A stretch of DNA of 64,000 nt. Source: an uncultured Bifidobacteriaceae bacterium. GTDB taxonomy: Bacteria > Verrucomicrobiota > Verrucomicrobiia > Limisphaerales > UBA11358. The stretch's first letter is position 1. The number at the start of each line of letters is the position of its first letter. Of the stretch, positions 14,772-24,448 are shown one piece after another. Position numbers and translations under genes: made by a program. The notes below the pieces were generated by a model, which saw only the letters and a list, made by a program, of their open reading frames with translations, was not told where the DNA came from and did no database searches. The stretch lies in assembly GCA_964536285.1 (NCBI GenBank), contig CAZHXG010000009.1, positions 2,604 through 66,603 on the forward strand. Reading direction: 5' to 3'.

Positions 14772-15678
14772 ATTTCACGCGCGGGTCGAGCAAGGTGTAG
14801 GCAAAGTCCACGACCAAATTCAGACCGATCAGCAACATCGCGTAGAGCAGCGAAAGGCCAACGACGACGGTGTAGTCGCGGTTCAGTGCGCCGTTGATGA
14901 AATAAACACCAATGCCGGGAATCTGAAAAATATTCTCGATGATGAACGAGCCGGTCAGCAAATCGGCTAGCATCGGGCCGGAATAGGAAACAACTGGCAG
15001 CACGGCGATGCGAAAGGCGTGCCTGAACAATAGTGCATTTTCGCCCAATCCTTTGGCGCGCGCGGCGGTGACGAACTCGGATTGCGCCGCATTTAACATT
15101 CCTTCGCGAGTTAACCGCGCGATTTTTCCGGCAAAAAACAAACCAAGCGCAACGGTCGGCAAAATCATGTGCCACGGTGATTCCCAGAGCGCGACGGGCA
15201 AGAGTTTCCATTTGATCGCGAAAACCATTATCAGCAGCGGGGCGACGACGAATGCGGGGATGCAAACGGCGAGCACGGCGAAAAAACTTCCGGCGAAATC
15301 CTGCCAGCAGCCGCGTTTGGCCGCGATAAAAAATCCGAGTGGCAACCCGACGCCCATCGCAAAGCCGAATGCCAGCGTGCCGAGCAGCATCGAGACGGGC
15401 AAACCCTGCGCGATGATGTCGTTGACGGTGTGGTTCCGGTATTTCAGCGACACGCCGAAATCTCCGTGCGCCAAGTCGCCAAGATAACGCGTGTATTGTT
15501 TCCAAACCGGTTCGTCGAGATGATATTTCGCCTTGAGATTCCGTTCGATTTCCGGCGACGCGGGCGCGCGCTCGCGGTCGAACGGCCCGCCGGGCGCGAG
15601 GCGCACGAGGACAAACGCCAGCGCGCTGATGACGAGCAGCAGCGGGATCGCAAAAGCAAGGCGTCGGACAAAATACAT
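14764..15678 (-). CDS. ABC transporter permease (OppB/DppB type)
   Basis: 304 aa. EFVTAARAKGLGENALLFRHAFR is typical of this family. The gene overlaps the next permease by 8 nt. Confidence 0.9.
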   Translation of the reverse strand: MYFVRRLAFAIPLLLVISALAFVLVRLAPGGPFDRERAPASPEIERNLKAKYHLDEPVWKQYTRYLGDLAHGDFGVSLKYRNHTVNDIIAQGLPVSMLLGTLAFGFAMGVGLPLGFFIAAKRGCWQDFAGSFFAVLAVCIPAFVVAPLLIMVFAIKWKLLPVALWESPWHMILPTVALGLFFAGKIARLTREGMLNAAQSEFVTAARAKGLGENALLFRHAFRIAVLPVVSYSGPMLADLLTGSFIIENIFQIPGIGVYFINGALNRDYTVVVGLSLLYAMLLIGLNLVVDFAYTLLDPRVKYE

Positions 15679-15679
15679 T

Positions 15680-17320
15680 TTATTTTTTTATTTTGCGGAT
15701 GGATTGCAACGGATGGTCGTCTAGGATGTTTTGATAAACGCCTTGGATTTTGTTCGTGTCGAAATAATTGATGCCGACGTAAAAAAAGAGCGGGATGACC
15801 GGCGCTTCGTCATGCACGAGCAAACTTTCCGCCTGTTGAAATATTTTTTCGCGCTTCTTCAAGTCCGTCTGCCCGTTGGCTTCTTGAATAAGCCCGTCGT
15901 AGCGCGGATTTTTCCAGCCAGTGCGGTTGTTGCCGTCGTCGCTCGTGAACATGCCCAAAAAAGTCTGCGCGTCGTTGTAATCGCCGATCCAGCTCGCGCG
16001 CGCGACTTCGTAGTCGAGATGCGAAAGCGAGCTTAAGTAAACCTTCCATTCGACCTGGCGCAAATTCATTTGGATACCGAGTCCGTCCCGCCACATCTGC
16101 TGCAATTCGATGGCGATGCTTTCATGTATTTTTCCGGCGCCGCCGGCGGGCGCGTTGAAAATATAATCGAACTGTGGAAATCCCCTACCCTCCGGGTAAC
16201 CGGCCTCGGCCAGCAATTTTTTCGCCGCCTGCGGATTGTAATCGAGCCCGTCTGGCGAAGTGTAATTCGCCGTTCCATCCGGCACGAGATGCGAGGCGGG
16301 CTGCTCTCCGGCCTTGGTGATTTTCTTTACAATGCGCTCGCGATCCACCGCCAGCGCCAATGCCCGGCGGACGCGCGGATCGTCGAACGGTTTTTTTGTC
16401 ACGTTAAAACGGATGAAATAAGTGGCCAGATAATTGAACGTGTGAAAGTCCGGGCGCTTGAGCAGGACATCCAGCAATTCGACCGGCACAAGCTCCTTGT
16501 CCCAGACGATGTCCGCCTGGCCGCTTTCGTAAAGGTTCAGCGCCGTGGTCGGTGAACCGATGGGCAGCAGGTCAATGATCTCCGATTGCGTGTTCGTCGC
16601 ATCCCAATAAAGCGGATTTTTTTTCAGGCGAACCTTGTCGTTGAGCCGCCAAAAAGCAAGTTCGTATGGCCCGCTGCTCGGCAACGGCTTCGCCATCAGC
16701 CAGCGGTCACCGTATTTTTCAATCGTCTGCTGCGGCACGACGTAAAACACGGGGAGCGCGCACAGGTCGAGAAAAAACGCCGTGGGACGGTTCAATTCGA
16801 CGCGTACGGTGAACTTGTCGGGCGCGCGGACGCCGACGAGCGACGCGTCCTTGATTTTTCCCGCGTTGAAATCTTCGGCGTTTTTCAGATAAAAAAATTG
16901 TCCCGCATAATCCGACGCGGTTTCCGGTTTCAGGGCGCGGATCCAGGAATAGACCACATCGTCCGCCGTGATGGGTTCGCCGGTGGACCAAACCAGATTC
17001 GTCCGCAAATGGAACGTGTAGATTTTTCCGTCCGGCGAAATTTCCCAGCGCATGGCCATGCCGGGGATCGCATGCGCGGTTTTTGGATCGAGCCGCGTCA
17101 ACCCCTCGAACAGTCCGATGACGATCCGAAATTCCGGCTGGCCGGTGATGATGGCGGGGTCAAGCGATTCCGGCTCGGCGTTGTTGACGATGGTGATGTC
17201 GGCGGGCGGCTCATGACGCGCGCAGCCGGAAAGGAAAACGCAAAGCGGCAAAACGGAGCAGCGCAAAAAACGAAAACGCGCCCGCGAAAGAAATCGTCGG
17301 GCGCATTCGGAAACGGCCAT
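15680..17320 (-). CDS. ABC transporter substrate-binding lipoprotein, family 5 (peptide/nickel type)
   Basis: 546 aa. It has a lipobox (FLSGC) and an SBP_bac_5-like sequence throughout. Confidence 0.9.
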   Translation of the reverse strand: MAVSECARRFLSRARFRFLRCSVLPLCVFLSGCARHEPPADITIVNNAEPESLDPAIITGQPEFRIVIGLFEGLTRLDPKTAHAIPGMAMRWEISPDGKIYTFHLRTNLVWSTGEPITADDVVYSWIRALKPETASDYAGQFFYLKNAEDFNAGKIKDASLVGVRAPDKFTVRVELNRPTAFFLDLCALPVFYVVPQQTIEKYGDRWLMAKPLPSSGPYELAFWRLNDKVRLKKNPLYWDATNTQSEIIDLLPIGSPTTALNLYESGQADIVWDKELVPVELLDVLLKRPDFHTFNYLATYFIRFNVTKKPFDDPRVRRALALAVDRERIVKKITKAGEQPASHLVPDGTANYTSPDGLDYNPQAAKKLLAEAGYPEGRGFPQFDYIFNAPAGGAGKIHESIAIELQQMWRDGLGIQMNLRQVEWKVYLSSLSHLDYEVARASWIGDYNDAQTFLGMFTSDDGNNRTGWKNPRYDGLIQEANGQTDLKKREKIFQQAESLLVHDEAPVIPLFFYVGINYFDTNKIQGVYQNILDDHPLQSIRKIKK

Positions 17321-17324
17321 CGCG

Positions 17325-17750
17325 TTATTTCGCCGGCACGTTGGTATTCGGCGTCACCGGCAGCGAAAGGAGGCTGTTTGTCGGCGTAGCCACGGCGGGT
17401 TGTTGCAAAACCGGCTGCGACGCGGTTGGCACCGCCGTCGTTTGCGTCTGCATTTGCTTTTGCTGCACCTGTTTCTCAAATTCAGACGCGCTGCCGCTGT
17501 TATGCAATCTGCTTTCCATCGAGCCGAGCACCAACGCCAGCACGAAAAAAATTCCGGCGGCCCACTTTGTGATTTTCGTCAGCACATTGCCCGAACCCGC
17601 GCCGAATAGCGACTCCGCCGCGCCACCGCCGAATGCGAGCCCGGCACCTGCGTCTTTTTTTGGCAGTTGAACCAAAATCAAAAGAATCAACAGCAGGCAA
17701 TTGGCGACCATCAAAACCGTCAAAATTCCAACGAGAAAACTCATGCCCAA
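17325..17750 (-). CDS. secG: preprotein translocase subunit SecG
   Basis: 141 aa. The sequence LLILLILVQLPKKDAGAGLAFGGG..LFGAGSG..LTKITKW is typical of SecG. The gene follows tpiA, as in many bacteria. Confidence 0.85.
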   Translation of the reverse strand: MGMSFLVGILTVLMVANCLLLILLILVQLPKKDAGAGLAFGGGAAESLFGAGSGNVLTKITKWAAGIFFVLALVLGSMESRLHNSGSASEFEKQVQQKQMQTQTTAVPTASQPVLQQPAVATPTNSLLSLPVTPNTNVPAK

Positions 17751-17752
17751 TC

Positions 17753-18520
17753 CTATATCGAATTTTTGATGATGTCAGCAAAACTTCTTGCTTCGAGAGA
17801 AGCCCCGCCGACGAGCGCGCCGTCAACGTCCGGCTGCCCCATCAATTCCTTGGCGTTGTTCGGCTTCACGCTGCCGCCGTATTGGATGCGGACTTTTCTG
17901 GCGACGGCCTCGTCAAAAATTTTTACGAGCAACTCGCGGATGAATGCGTGCGCGTCCTGCGCCTGTTGCGTCGTCGCCGTCTTGCCGGTGCCGATCGCCC
18001 AGACCGGTTCGTAAGCGACGATGGTTTCGACCATCTGTTCTTTTGTCAAACCGGCGAGACTGCCGCGCACTTGCGTCTCCAAAACTTTTTCGGTGTGGTT
18101 CGCCTCGCGTTCGGCCAAAGTTTCGCCGACACAAACAATCGGCTTGAGCGAAGCCGCGTGCGCCGCCGCCGCTTTTTTTGCGATCAACGCATCGGATTCC
18201 CTTTGATACTGGCGGCGTTCGCTGTGGCCGAGAATGACATAGCGCACGGAAAATTCCTTCAGCATCCCCGCGCAGATTTCCCCGGTGAACGCGCCGAAAT
18301 TGTTCTCGCTCATGTTCTGCGCGCCAACCTTGATGTTTTGGATTTCAAGCACGGCCTTCGACACGGATTCCAGCGCGGTGAACGGAGGACAAATGACGAT
18401 GTCCACCTCCTTCACGCCGGCAAGTTCAAGCGTGAGGTTTTTGACCAAGGCTAGAGCCTCGGCGACCGTTTTGTTCATCTTCCAGTTTCCCGCGATAATC
18501 AGTTTGCGTTCTTTGTTCAT
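17753..18520 (-). CDS. tpiA: triosephosphate isomerase
   Basis: I trimmed the start to MNKERKLIIAGNWKMNK. Motifs ILGHSERR and AYEPVWAIGTG are present. Confidence 0.93.
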   Translation of the reverse strand: MNKERKLIIAGNWKMNKTVAEALALVKNLTLELAGVKEVDIVICPPFTALESVSKAVLEIQNIKVGAQNMSENNFGAFTGEICAGMLKEFSVRYVILGHSERRQYQRESDALIAKKAAAAHAASLKPIVCVGETLAEREANHTEKVLETQVRGSLAGLTKEQMVETIVAYEPVWAIGTGKTATTQQAQDAHAFIRELLVKIFDEAVARKVRIQYGGSVKPNNAKELMGQPDVDGALVGGASLEARSFADIIKNSI

Positions 18521-18572
18521 TTTAATTTTTGTAGGAGACGAGGTAACGAGTCTCAAATTTATTTTTTAGTAA

Positions 18573-18596
18573 GAGCCTCCTCACGTCGGCTCCTAC
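18573..18596. repeat. REP-like 24-nt element (GTAGSAGCCGA-GT-A...GCTC family)
   Basis: The sequence is gagcctcctcacgtcggctcctac, in the pgk-tpiA spacer. It overlaps the pgk stop codon and resembles the copies at 25167-25236 and 44630-44728. Confidence 0.7.
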
Positions 18597-19846
18597 TTTT
18601 CGGACAATGCCGCAACGCCCGGCAGCACGGCGCCTTCCAAAAATTCCAGGCTCGCGCCGCCGCCGGTGCTCATGAATGTCACCTTGTCGCCGAGTTTGGC
18701 CTTGTTCAAGGCTTTCACGCTGTCGCCGCCGCCGATGATGCTTTTCGCGCCGTTCTTTTGCGTGGCATCGGCCACGGCTTGCGCGACAGTATTTGTTCCA
18801 GCGGCAAAACGCGCATCTTCAAACATTCCCATCGGGCCGTTCCACAAAATCGTTTTTGCACTCGAAATAATTTTGGCGTAATTGGCCGCCGTCTCCGGGC
18901 CGATGCTGAAACCTTCCGCGTCGTCGGGAATGTCGCCTTTGACGGTGCGGATGTTGGCGAAATCAAAAACCGGTTTTCCTTTTTTGTTCACTTTGCCCGT
19001 GTCCACCGGCGTCGCGACGATGACATCCGTCGGCAACTGAAAATTCACGCCCAGCTTTTTCGCCTTGGCCTCGGCGTCAAGCGCGGTCTGCTTGTGATCC
19101 GGTTCGATGAGCGATTTTCCCGTTTTCACGCCGTGCGCGAGTTTGAACGTGTAAGCCATCGCGCCGCCGATCAAAATCGTGTTCGCCTTTTCCAGCAAAC
19201 GGTCAATGACCTTGATCTTGTCCGAAACTTTCGCGCCGCCGAGGATGACAACGAACGGACGCGCCGGATTATCTAATTCGTCGCCGAGAAATTTCAATTC
19301 ACGCTCCATCAACAAACCGGCGGCGGCTTTTCCACCGCGCTTTACTACGACTCGCGCAACTCCTTCAGTCGAAGCATGAGCGCGATGCGCCGCGCCGAAC
19401 GCGTCGTTCACATAAACGTCGGCGACCTTCGCCAGTTTTTCGGCGAACGCCGGATCGTTTTTTTCCTCTTCGTTGTAGTAACGGACATTTTCCAAAAGAA
19501 TTACATCGCCGTCTTTCATCGCGGCGACGGCTTTCTCGACTTTTTCGCCGATGCAATCGTCCACGAATCCGACCGGCTTGCCGAGAAGTTCGGATAATTT
19601 CACCGCGACGGGTGCCAGCGACATCGTCACCTCGCGTTTTCCCTTCGGACGACCGAGATGCGCGGTCAGAATGAGCTTGCCGCCTTTTTCGATCAACAGT
19701 TTCAGCGTCGGCAACGTCTCCACGATGCGCGTCGCGTCGGTGATGACCATTTTGCCGTCTTTTTCTTCCAGCGGCACGTTGTAGTCCACCCGCAGGAAGA
19801 CGCGCTTGCCGCGCACGTCCAAATCTCGAACCGTCAGTTTGGCCAT
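18593..19846 (-). CDS. pgk: phosphoglycerate kinase
   Basis: 417 aa. RVDYNVP near the N-terminus, ILGGAKVSDKI and STGGGASLEFLEG are typical of Pgk. Confidence 0.96.
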   Translation of the reverse strand: MAKLTVRDLDVRGKRVFLRVDYNVPLEEKDGKMVITDATRIVETLPTLKLLIEKGGKLILTAHLGRPKGKREVTMSLAPVAVKLSELLGKPVGFVDDCIGEKVEKAVAAMKDGDVILLENVRYYNEEEKNDPAFAEKLAKVADVYVNDAFGAAHRAHASTEGVARVVVKRGGKAAAGLLMERELKFLGDELDNPARPFVVILGGAKVSDKIKVIDRLLEKANTILIGGAMAYTFKLAHGVKTGKSLIEPDHKQTALDAEAKAKKLGVNFQLPTDVIVATPVDTGKVNKKGKPVFDFANIRTVKGDIPDDAEGFSIGPETAANYAKIISSAKTILWNGPMGMFEDARFAAGTNTVAQAVADATQKNGAKSIIGGGDSVKALNKAKLGDKVTFMSTGGGASLEFLEGAVLPGVAALSEK

Positions 19847-19973
19847 AAATTATTCTTTGTTTTGAAAACCAGAAACTATGAGGATAAGCAAAACTCCCGG
19901 CCAGTAAAGTGAATTCAATTTACACCTATTACTGAACCCTAACCAAAAATGGCCATGCGAAGGCGGTTTGGAA

Positions 19974-21110
19974 TCAGCGGGTGTAGAATTTATAGAGGAT
20001 GGTGTTCTTGTAAATGTCGCCCGGCTTCAATTCGGTCGAGGGAAATTTCGAGTGATTCGGCGAATCGGGAAAACCTTGCGGCTCGAAGCAAAAGGCGTCG
20101 CGTTGTTTGTAGACCCACCCGCCCTTGCCCTTGATCGTGCCGCCGAGATAATTCCCGGTGTAAAACTGCACTCCCGGCTCCGTCGTCCAAATTTCCATCA
20201 CGCGTCCCGAAGTCGGTTCATAAACGGTGGCGGCCTGCCTGAATTCGCGCGGAAACTTGTTCAGGACAAAATTGTGGTCGTAGCCGTTGCCGAATTTGAT
20301 CTGCTCGTTGTCGGCGTTGATGCGCGTGCCAATTGGAGTCGGCTTGCGAAAATCAAACGGCGTGCCGTCCACGGGTTTCAACTCGCCCGTGGGGATCAAC
20401 GTCGCATCCACCGGCGTGAATTTGTCCGCGTTGATCTGGACGACGTGGTCGAGAACGTCGCCGCTCCCGCGTAGGTTGAAATAGGAATGTTGCGTGAGGT
20501 TGCAGAACGTGTCCTTGTCGGTCGTGGCCGTGAAATCCACGCGCAACGCATTGTCTTCCTCGACAGTATAGACCACCGTCACGGAAAGATTGCCCGGATA
20601 TCCTTCCTCGCCGTCCTTGCTCAAGTAAGTCAGCTCAAGCGCTGGACCGTCGAACGTCTGCAACGGCTTTGCCTTCCACACAACCTTGTCGAAACCCTTC
20701 AACCCGCCGTGCAAATGGTTCGGCGGATTGTTCGTGGCCAGCGTGTATTCCTGCCCGTCCAGGGAAAATTTTCCCTTGGCGATGCGATTTCCATAACGTC
20801 CGATGATCGCGCCGAAATAGGGGCTGTTCGTCAGGTAATCGCCGAGATGATCGTAACCGAGAACCACGTCGCCGTATTTCCCGTCCTTGTCCGGCACCTT
20901 GAGCGACACGAGGACGCCGCCATAAGTCATGATGCGCGCTTCCATCCCCTTTTCATTGCGCAATGTGTAAATCTCAACGGGCGTCCCGTCCGCCGTTTTG
21001 CCAAAACCGGTTTTCTTGATCTGTTCACCTCTCGACATGGATGCGCAGCCTATAAAACAAGCCGCGACGAGTCCAGCCAATGCCAACGTTGTTAATTTCA
21101 TTATTTTCAT
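19974..21110 (-). CDS. aldose 1-epimerase (galactose mutarotase family), lipoprotein
   Basis: 378 aa. The lipobox is FIGC. NHLHGG, TNLTQHSYFNL and FCFEPQ are typical of the mutarotase family. Confidence 0.87.
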   Translation of the reverse strand: MKIMKLTTLALAGLVAACFIGCASMSRGEQIKKTGFGKTADGTPVEIYTLRNEKGMEARIMTYGGVLVSLKVPDKDGKYGDVVLGYDHLGDYLTNSPYFGAIIGRYGNRIAKGKFSLDGQEYTLATNNPPNHLHGGLKGFDKVVWKAKPLQTFDGPALELTYLSKDGEEGYPGNLSVTVVYTVEEDNALRVDFTATTDKDTFCNLTQHSYFNLRGSGDVLDHVVQINADKFTPVDATLIPTGELKPVDGTPFDFRKPTPIGTRINADNEQIKFGNGYDHNFVLNKFPREFRQAATVYEPTSGRVMEIWTTEPGVQFYTGNYLGGTIKGKGGWVYKQRDAFCFEPQGFPDSPNHSKFPSTELKPGDIYKNTILYKFYTR

Positions 21111-21392
21111 TTCGGTTTTTAATTTTTAACCATGATAAACCTTCGGCTCCGTTTGCGGAGCGAGTGCCTGTCGAGCAACGATGATGCCAAGAGTAATCAT
21201 AGGGAATAAAAAATTTGTCCGGTACGCACAAAATATTCGGTTACTGCGTTCAAGGCAATGCGCTCCGACGATGCTTAAAATTGTAATTCTTTGAATAAAA
21301 ATTACAATGGGGTGAAACACGTAGGACTGGAAATCTCAAAATGAGGAGGATTGACAAACCGCCTTGCCGCGTAGATTTTATGCAGCCTTTAC

Positions 21393-21468
<76 letters not shown>

Positions 21469-22062
21469 TTATTTTTTGACGGGGCCGAGCGGCAAAACGA
21501 TTCTGCCGAAGACTTCGTTCAGCAGTTGCGCGAGACCGGCGTAGATCGCCGAGAAGCCGCAGATCAATCCTTCATAACCGGTGAAATGCTTGAAGTCCGC
21601 GCTCGCGCCGGCGAAATCCGCATAAGCCAGCAGAAAAAAAAGAACCGTCAGCGTGCCGAAGACGACTTGCAACGCGCGGCTCAACCGGAACGTCCCGATG
21701 AACATCACGGCGGTAAATAATCCCCAGATGCCGAGATACGCGGCCATCGCTGTTTCATCCGCCGCGACGACGCCGGGGATTTTCGGGAGCAATATCAGCG
21801 CGACCAGCGACAGCCAGAAAAATCCGTACGAAATGAAAGCCGTCGCCGCGAAAGTATTGTTCTTCTTCCATTCCATGATGCCCGCGATGATTTGCGCCGT
21901 GCCGCCGTAACAAATGCCCATCGCCAGAATCATGGCGTTGAGTTCGAAAAATCCGGCGTTGTGCAGATTCAACAGCACCGTCGTCATGCCGAAACCGAGC
22001 AGACCGAGCGGCGCGGGATTGGCAGTCGTATCCTTGATCTGGGTCGTGGTGAGTTCGCTCAT
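21469..22062 (-). CDS. satP: GPR1/FUN34/YaaH family acetate/succinate channel
   Basis: 197 aa. [24 protein letters not shown] is the family signature, and there are six TM segments. Confidence 0.87.
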   Translation of the reverse strand: MSELTTTQIKDTTANPAPLGLLGFGMTTVLLNLHNAGFFELNAMILAMGICYGGTAQIIAGIMEWKKNNTFAATAFISYGFFWLSLVALILLPKIPGVVAADETAMAAYLGIWGLFTAVMFIGTFRLSRALQVVFGTLTVLFFLLAYADFAGASADFKHFTGYEGLICGFSAIYAGLAQLLNEVFGRIVLPLGPVKK

Positions 22063-22285
22063 AAATAAATATGGATGCGGGTTAAGTGGAAATCGCCGTG
22101 ACGATTACACATTCGTAAAACGCCAGTCAAGCGTTTCAAAAGCAAAATTGATTTTGATTCGAAAGGAGTTTTATCGCTCTGGACAAATTGGAATCCCGGG
22201 AATATAAACAGCGCATCCACCAGTTTAAACCGTGCAACAAGTTTAAATGGTGAATGGCGTCAGAAGTATCCAAATCAGAGACTTT

Positions 22286-22918
22286 ATGATACCAGTAAAG
22301 ATTCAGTGCGAATGCGGCCAGCGTTACGCCTTCGATGTTGAGCCTGTGAATGGGCGGATGTCTTCGTCGATTGCCTGTCCGACTTGCGGTGTGGATGGCA
22401 CCGTCGCCGCCAATGAAATCATCGCCAGAAATCTCGCCGCCCAATCCGCTCCCACCGCACCGGTTGGAGGATTACGCATCAATGCAACCCCGCGAGCAAC
22501 ATCAACAGTCGCCTCAACAGAAGCGCAACGCATCATCAAACTTGGCTCCATCGACCGCACCCAAGCCGAGCACGAAGCCCGCGCGAAAATTTCCTGGGGC
22601 GACTCGCCTGACGCCGTCCTCAAATTTTTAATGATACAGGGATTCAACCATCAGGAAGCATCGGAACTGGTGCAGAAGTTGTTCAAGGAAAGGATGGCTG
22701 CGACCAGAGCCAACGGAATCAAAAAAATCATACTCGGCGGCTCACTGATCTGCGTCCCCATCGTGGCTCTCATCTTCTTTTTGAGCATCCATGTCGTTCC
22801 CATCAGACTTATGGGAATCGCCATCGCGATCGGACTTTGGGGCGGATGGATAACAATCAAAGGGATTTTTATGATTGTCGCTCCCAAGTTGGAATCCGGC
22901 GACGTCGCCGAACAATGA
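22286..22918 (+). CDS. zinc-ribbon plus C-terminal 2-TM protein, unknown function
   Basis: The start is taken at MIPVKIQCECGQRY..CPTCG, a CxC...CxxC ribbon. Two hydrophobic helices lie near the C-terminus. Confidence 0.55.
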   Translation: MIPVKIQCECGQRYAFDVEPVNGRMSSSIACPTCGVDGTVAANEIIARNLAAQSAPTAPVGGLRINATPRATSTVASTEAQRIIKLGSIDRTQAEHEARAKISWGDSPDAVLKFLMIQGFNHQEASELVQKLFKERMAATRANGIKKIILGGSLICVPIVALIFFLSIHVVPIRLMGIAIAIGLWGGWITIKGIFMIVAPKLESGDVAEQ

Positions 22919-22924
22919 TTCGCT

Positions 22925-23200
22925 TCACCCGCGATTTTTTTTCTGCGGCTCGACCTTCTTCAACCCCACTTCCTGCGCGATGTCGTCGAACTCCTCGTGC
23001 GTGACCGTTTCGAGCTGCTTGCCGCGCGACTTGAGCTTTTCGTTAATCTTGATGGCCTTCTCCGTCATCACCTCGTGCGTTTCCGAAGTGCCGCCGACCA
23101 GCGCAAAATTCGGCCCCGTCGTGAGACGCTTGTGACCGTCGGAATCCAACCCGACACCGAGCATGACCGCTTTGCGTTTTTTCTTCGCGTTCAACATCAA
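22925..23200 (-). CDS. small conserved hypothetical protein
   Basis: 91 aa (or 79 aa from the internal MLGVGLD start). Codon usage is good, and I recognised no domain. Confidence 0.5.
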   Translation of the reverse strand: MMLNAKKKRKAVMLGVGLDSDGHKRLTTGPNFALVGGTSETHEVMTEKAIKINEKLKSRGKQLETVTHEEFDDIAQEVGLKKVEPQKKNRG

Positions 23201-23351
23201 CCCAGCCTAAAGCCGGCGTCCAACCCGGTCAAGCCGCTGGCGTGAATGGAAAATTATTCAAGCCGAATTACGCTGGACATTCTATCGGAATGAATAACAA
23301 TTTTTCTGTTCAGAAAAATTTTGAACCTGAAACAAAATTAAAGGAGATCGT

Positions 23352-24443
23352 ATGAAATCTAAAAACGTCCTTTACGGTATTTCCATTGCGGTCGCCTTGC
23401 AGTTGGGGATGCTCGCCGCTTCCGCCCAGACCAACATATATCTGTTTACCGGATACGAGACGAATATCACACTGGCCGCAGGCATCTACAACATCACTGC
23501 CTACGGCGCTCAAGGTGGCAACGCCGCAGACAGCTACGGCGGCCTCGGAGTTGAAATGGAAGGTCAATTTAACTTCTCAACCCCCACGACACTGACCCTT
23601 TTGGTCGGCGGCAGCATTAGTGCCATCTTTGGCGGCGGCGGTGGCGGCGGCGGCGGCGGCTTCGTTGTCAATGGCAGCACGCCGTTGGTGGTCGCGGGTG
23701 GTGGTGGTGGCGGCGATTACGGCGGCGGCAACGGCGGCTCGGGGTCAATCGGCACCAACGGCATCAGCGGCTCCGGAAATGGCATTAGCTCCGGCTTTGA
23801 CGGTGGCGGCAACGGCGGCACCAACGGCAACGGCGGCAACGGTTCCACCGGTGGCGGCTACCCCAGCGGCGGCGGCGGCGGCGGTGGCGGCTTCTACAGC
23901 AGCGGCACTGCCGGCTCCTCCGGTGCTGGGGGCGGCTATAGCTTCTTAATCGGTGGCGGCGGCGGCAACGGCGGCTACGCCCCCGGCGGCGAAACTGGCG
24001 GCAACGGCGGCTACGGTGGAGGTGGTGGCGGTGGTGGCTACGCTGACGGTGGTGGTGGCGGCGGCGGCGGCGGCTACAGCGGCGGCGGCGGTGCCAATGG
24101 TGACAACACCGTTGGCGGCGGCGGCGGTTCCATCATTGACTCGTCTTCAATAACAAATCTCGCCGAGGTTTCCGGCATCGCCAGCCCCGATGATTCAACG
24201 GGTAATGGCGAGATTATTATTACTGTAGTCTCCGGGGTCTCCGCACCGACACCACCCACGATTGGCATCACCACGGTCAGCAGCTTGCCGGTGGTAATCT
24301 GGCCGGCATCAGCTACGAATTATGTGCTACAAATGACCACCAACCTGAATTCGCCAAACTGGGTGACAATCTCCAATGGCATTCCTTTTGTCGGCTTGCA
24401 AATCACCAACGCTCCCGGCACCGCCTTCTTTCGACTGCATTAA
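23352..24443 (+). CDS. secreted glycine-rich domain protein (ALK/LTK GRD-like) with F-F-R-L C-terminal module
   Basis: A signal peptide is present. GIYNITAYGAQGG..GLGVEMEGQFNF..LTLLVGG is followed by poly-Gly tracts, including GGGGGGGYSGGGGANGDNTVGGGGGSIID. The C-terminus reads TNLNSPNWVTIS..TAFFRLH. Confidence 0.8.
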   Translation: MKSKNVLYGISIAVALQLGMLAASAQTNIYLFTGYETNITLAAGIYNITAYGAQGGNAADSYGGLGVEMEGQFNFSTPTTLTLLVGGSISAIFGGGGGGGGGGFVVNGSTPLVVAGGGGGGDYGGGNGGSGSIGTNGISGSGNGISSGFDGGGNGGTNGNGGNGSTGGGYPSGGGGGGGGFYSSGTAGSSGAGGGYSFLIGGGGGNGGYAPGGETGGNGGYGGGGGGGGYADGGGGGGGGGYSGGGGANGDNTVGGGGGSIIDSSSITNLAEVSGIASPDDSTGNGEIIITVVSGVSAPTPPTIGITTVSSLPVVIWPASATNYVLQMTTNLNSPNWVTISNGIPFVGLQITNAPGTAFFRLH

Positions 24444-24448
24444 AAAAA

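Noticed and set aside
17753-18556. N-terminal extensions in the ORF track for tpiA, trxB (to 39769), the beta-propeller gene (from 39630), the epimerase (from 36688), the secreted protein (from 35942), DUF2203 (to 41344), tsf (to 49684), htrA (to 27850) and fmt (to 44682).
   Set aside because: Internal Met codons give canonical N-termini or signal peptides and remove overlaps with neighbouring genes or repeats. The starts were trimmed accordingly. The exact starts remain predictions.
21279-21308. An AT-rich inverted repeat AATTGTAATT-10 nt-AATTACAATG upstream of tRNA-Lys.
   Set aside because: It is short and AT-rich, occurs once, and has no flanking T-tract or recognisable operator context. 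I cannot distinguish it from chance.
23620-24153. Ala-rich ORFs (109 aa and 66 aa) inside the glycine-rich gene.
   Set aside because: They are alternative-frame readings of GGC/GGT repeats (GCG/GCC gives Ala). They have no start context, and the Gly frame has a signal peptide and conserved domains.
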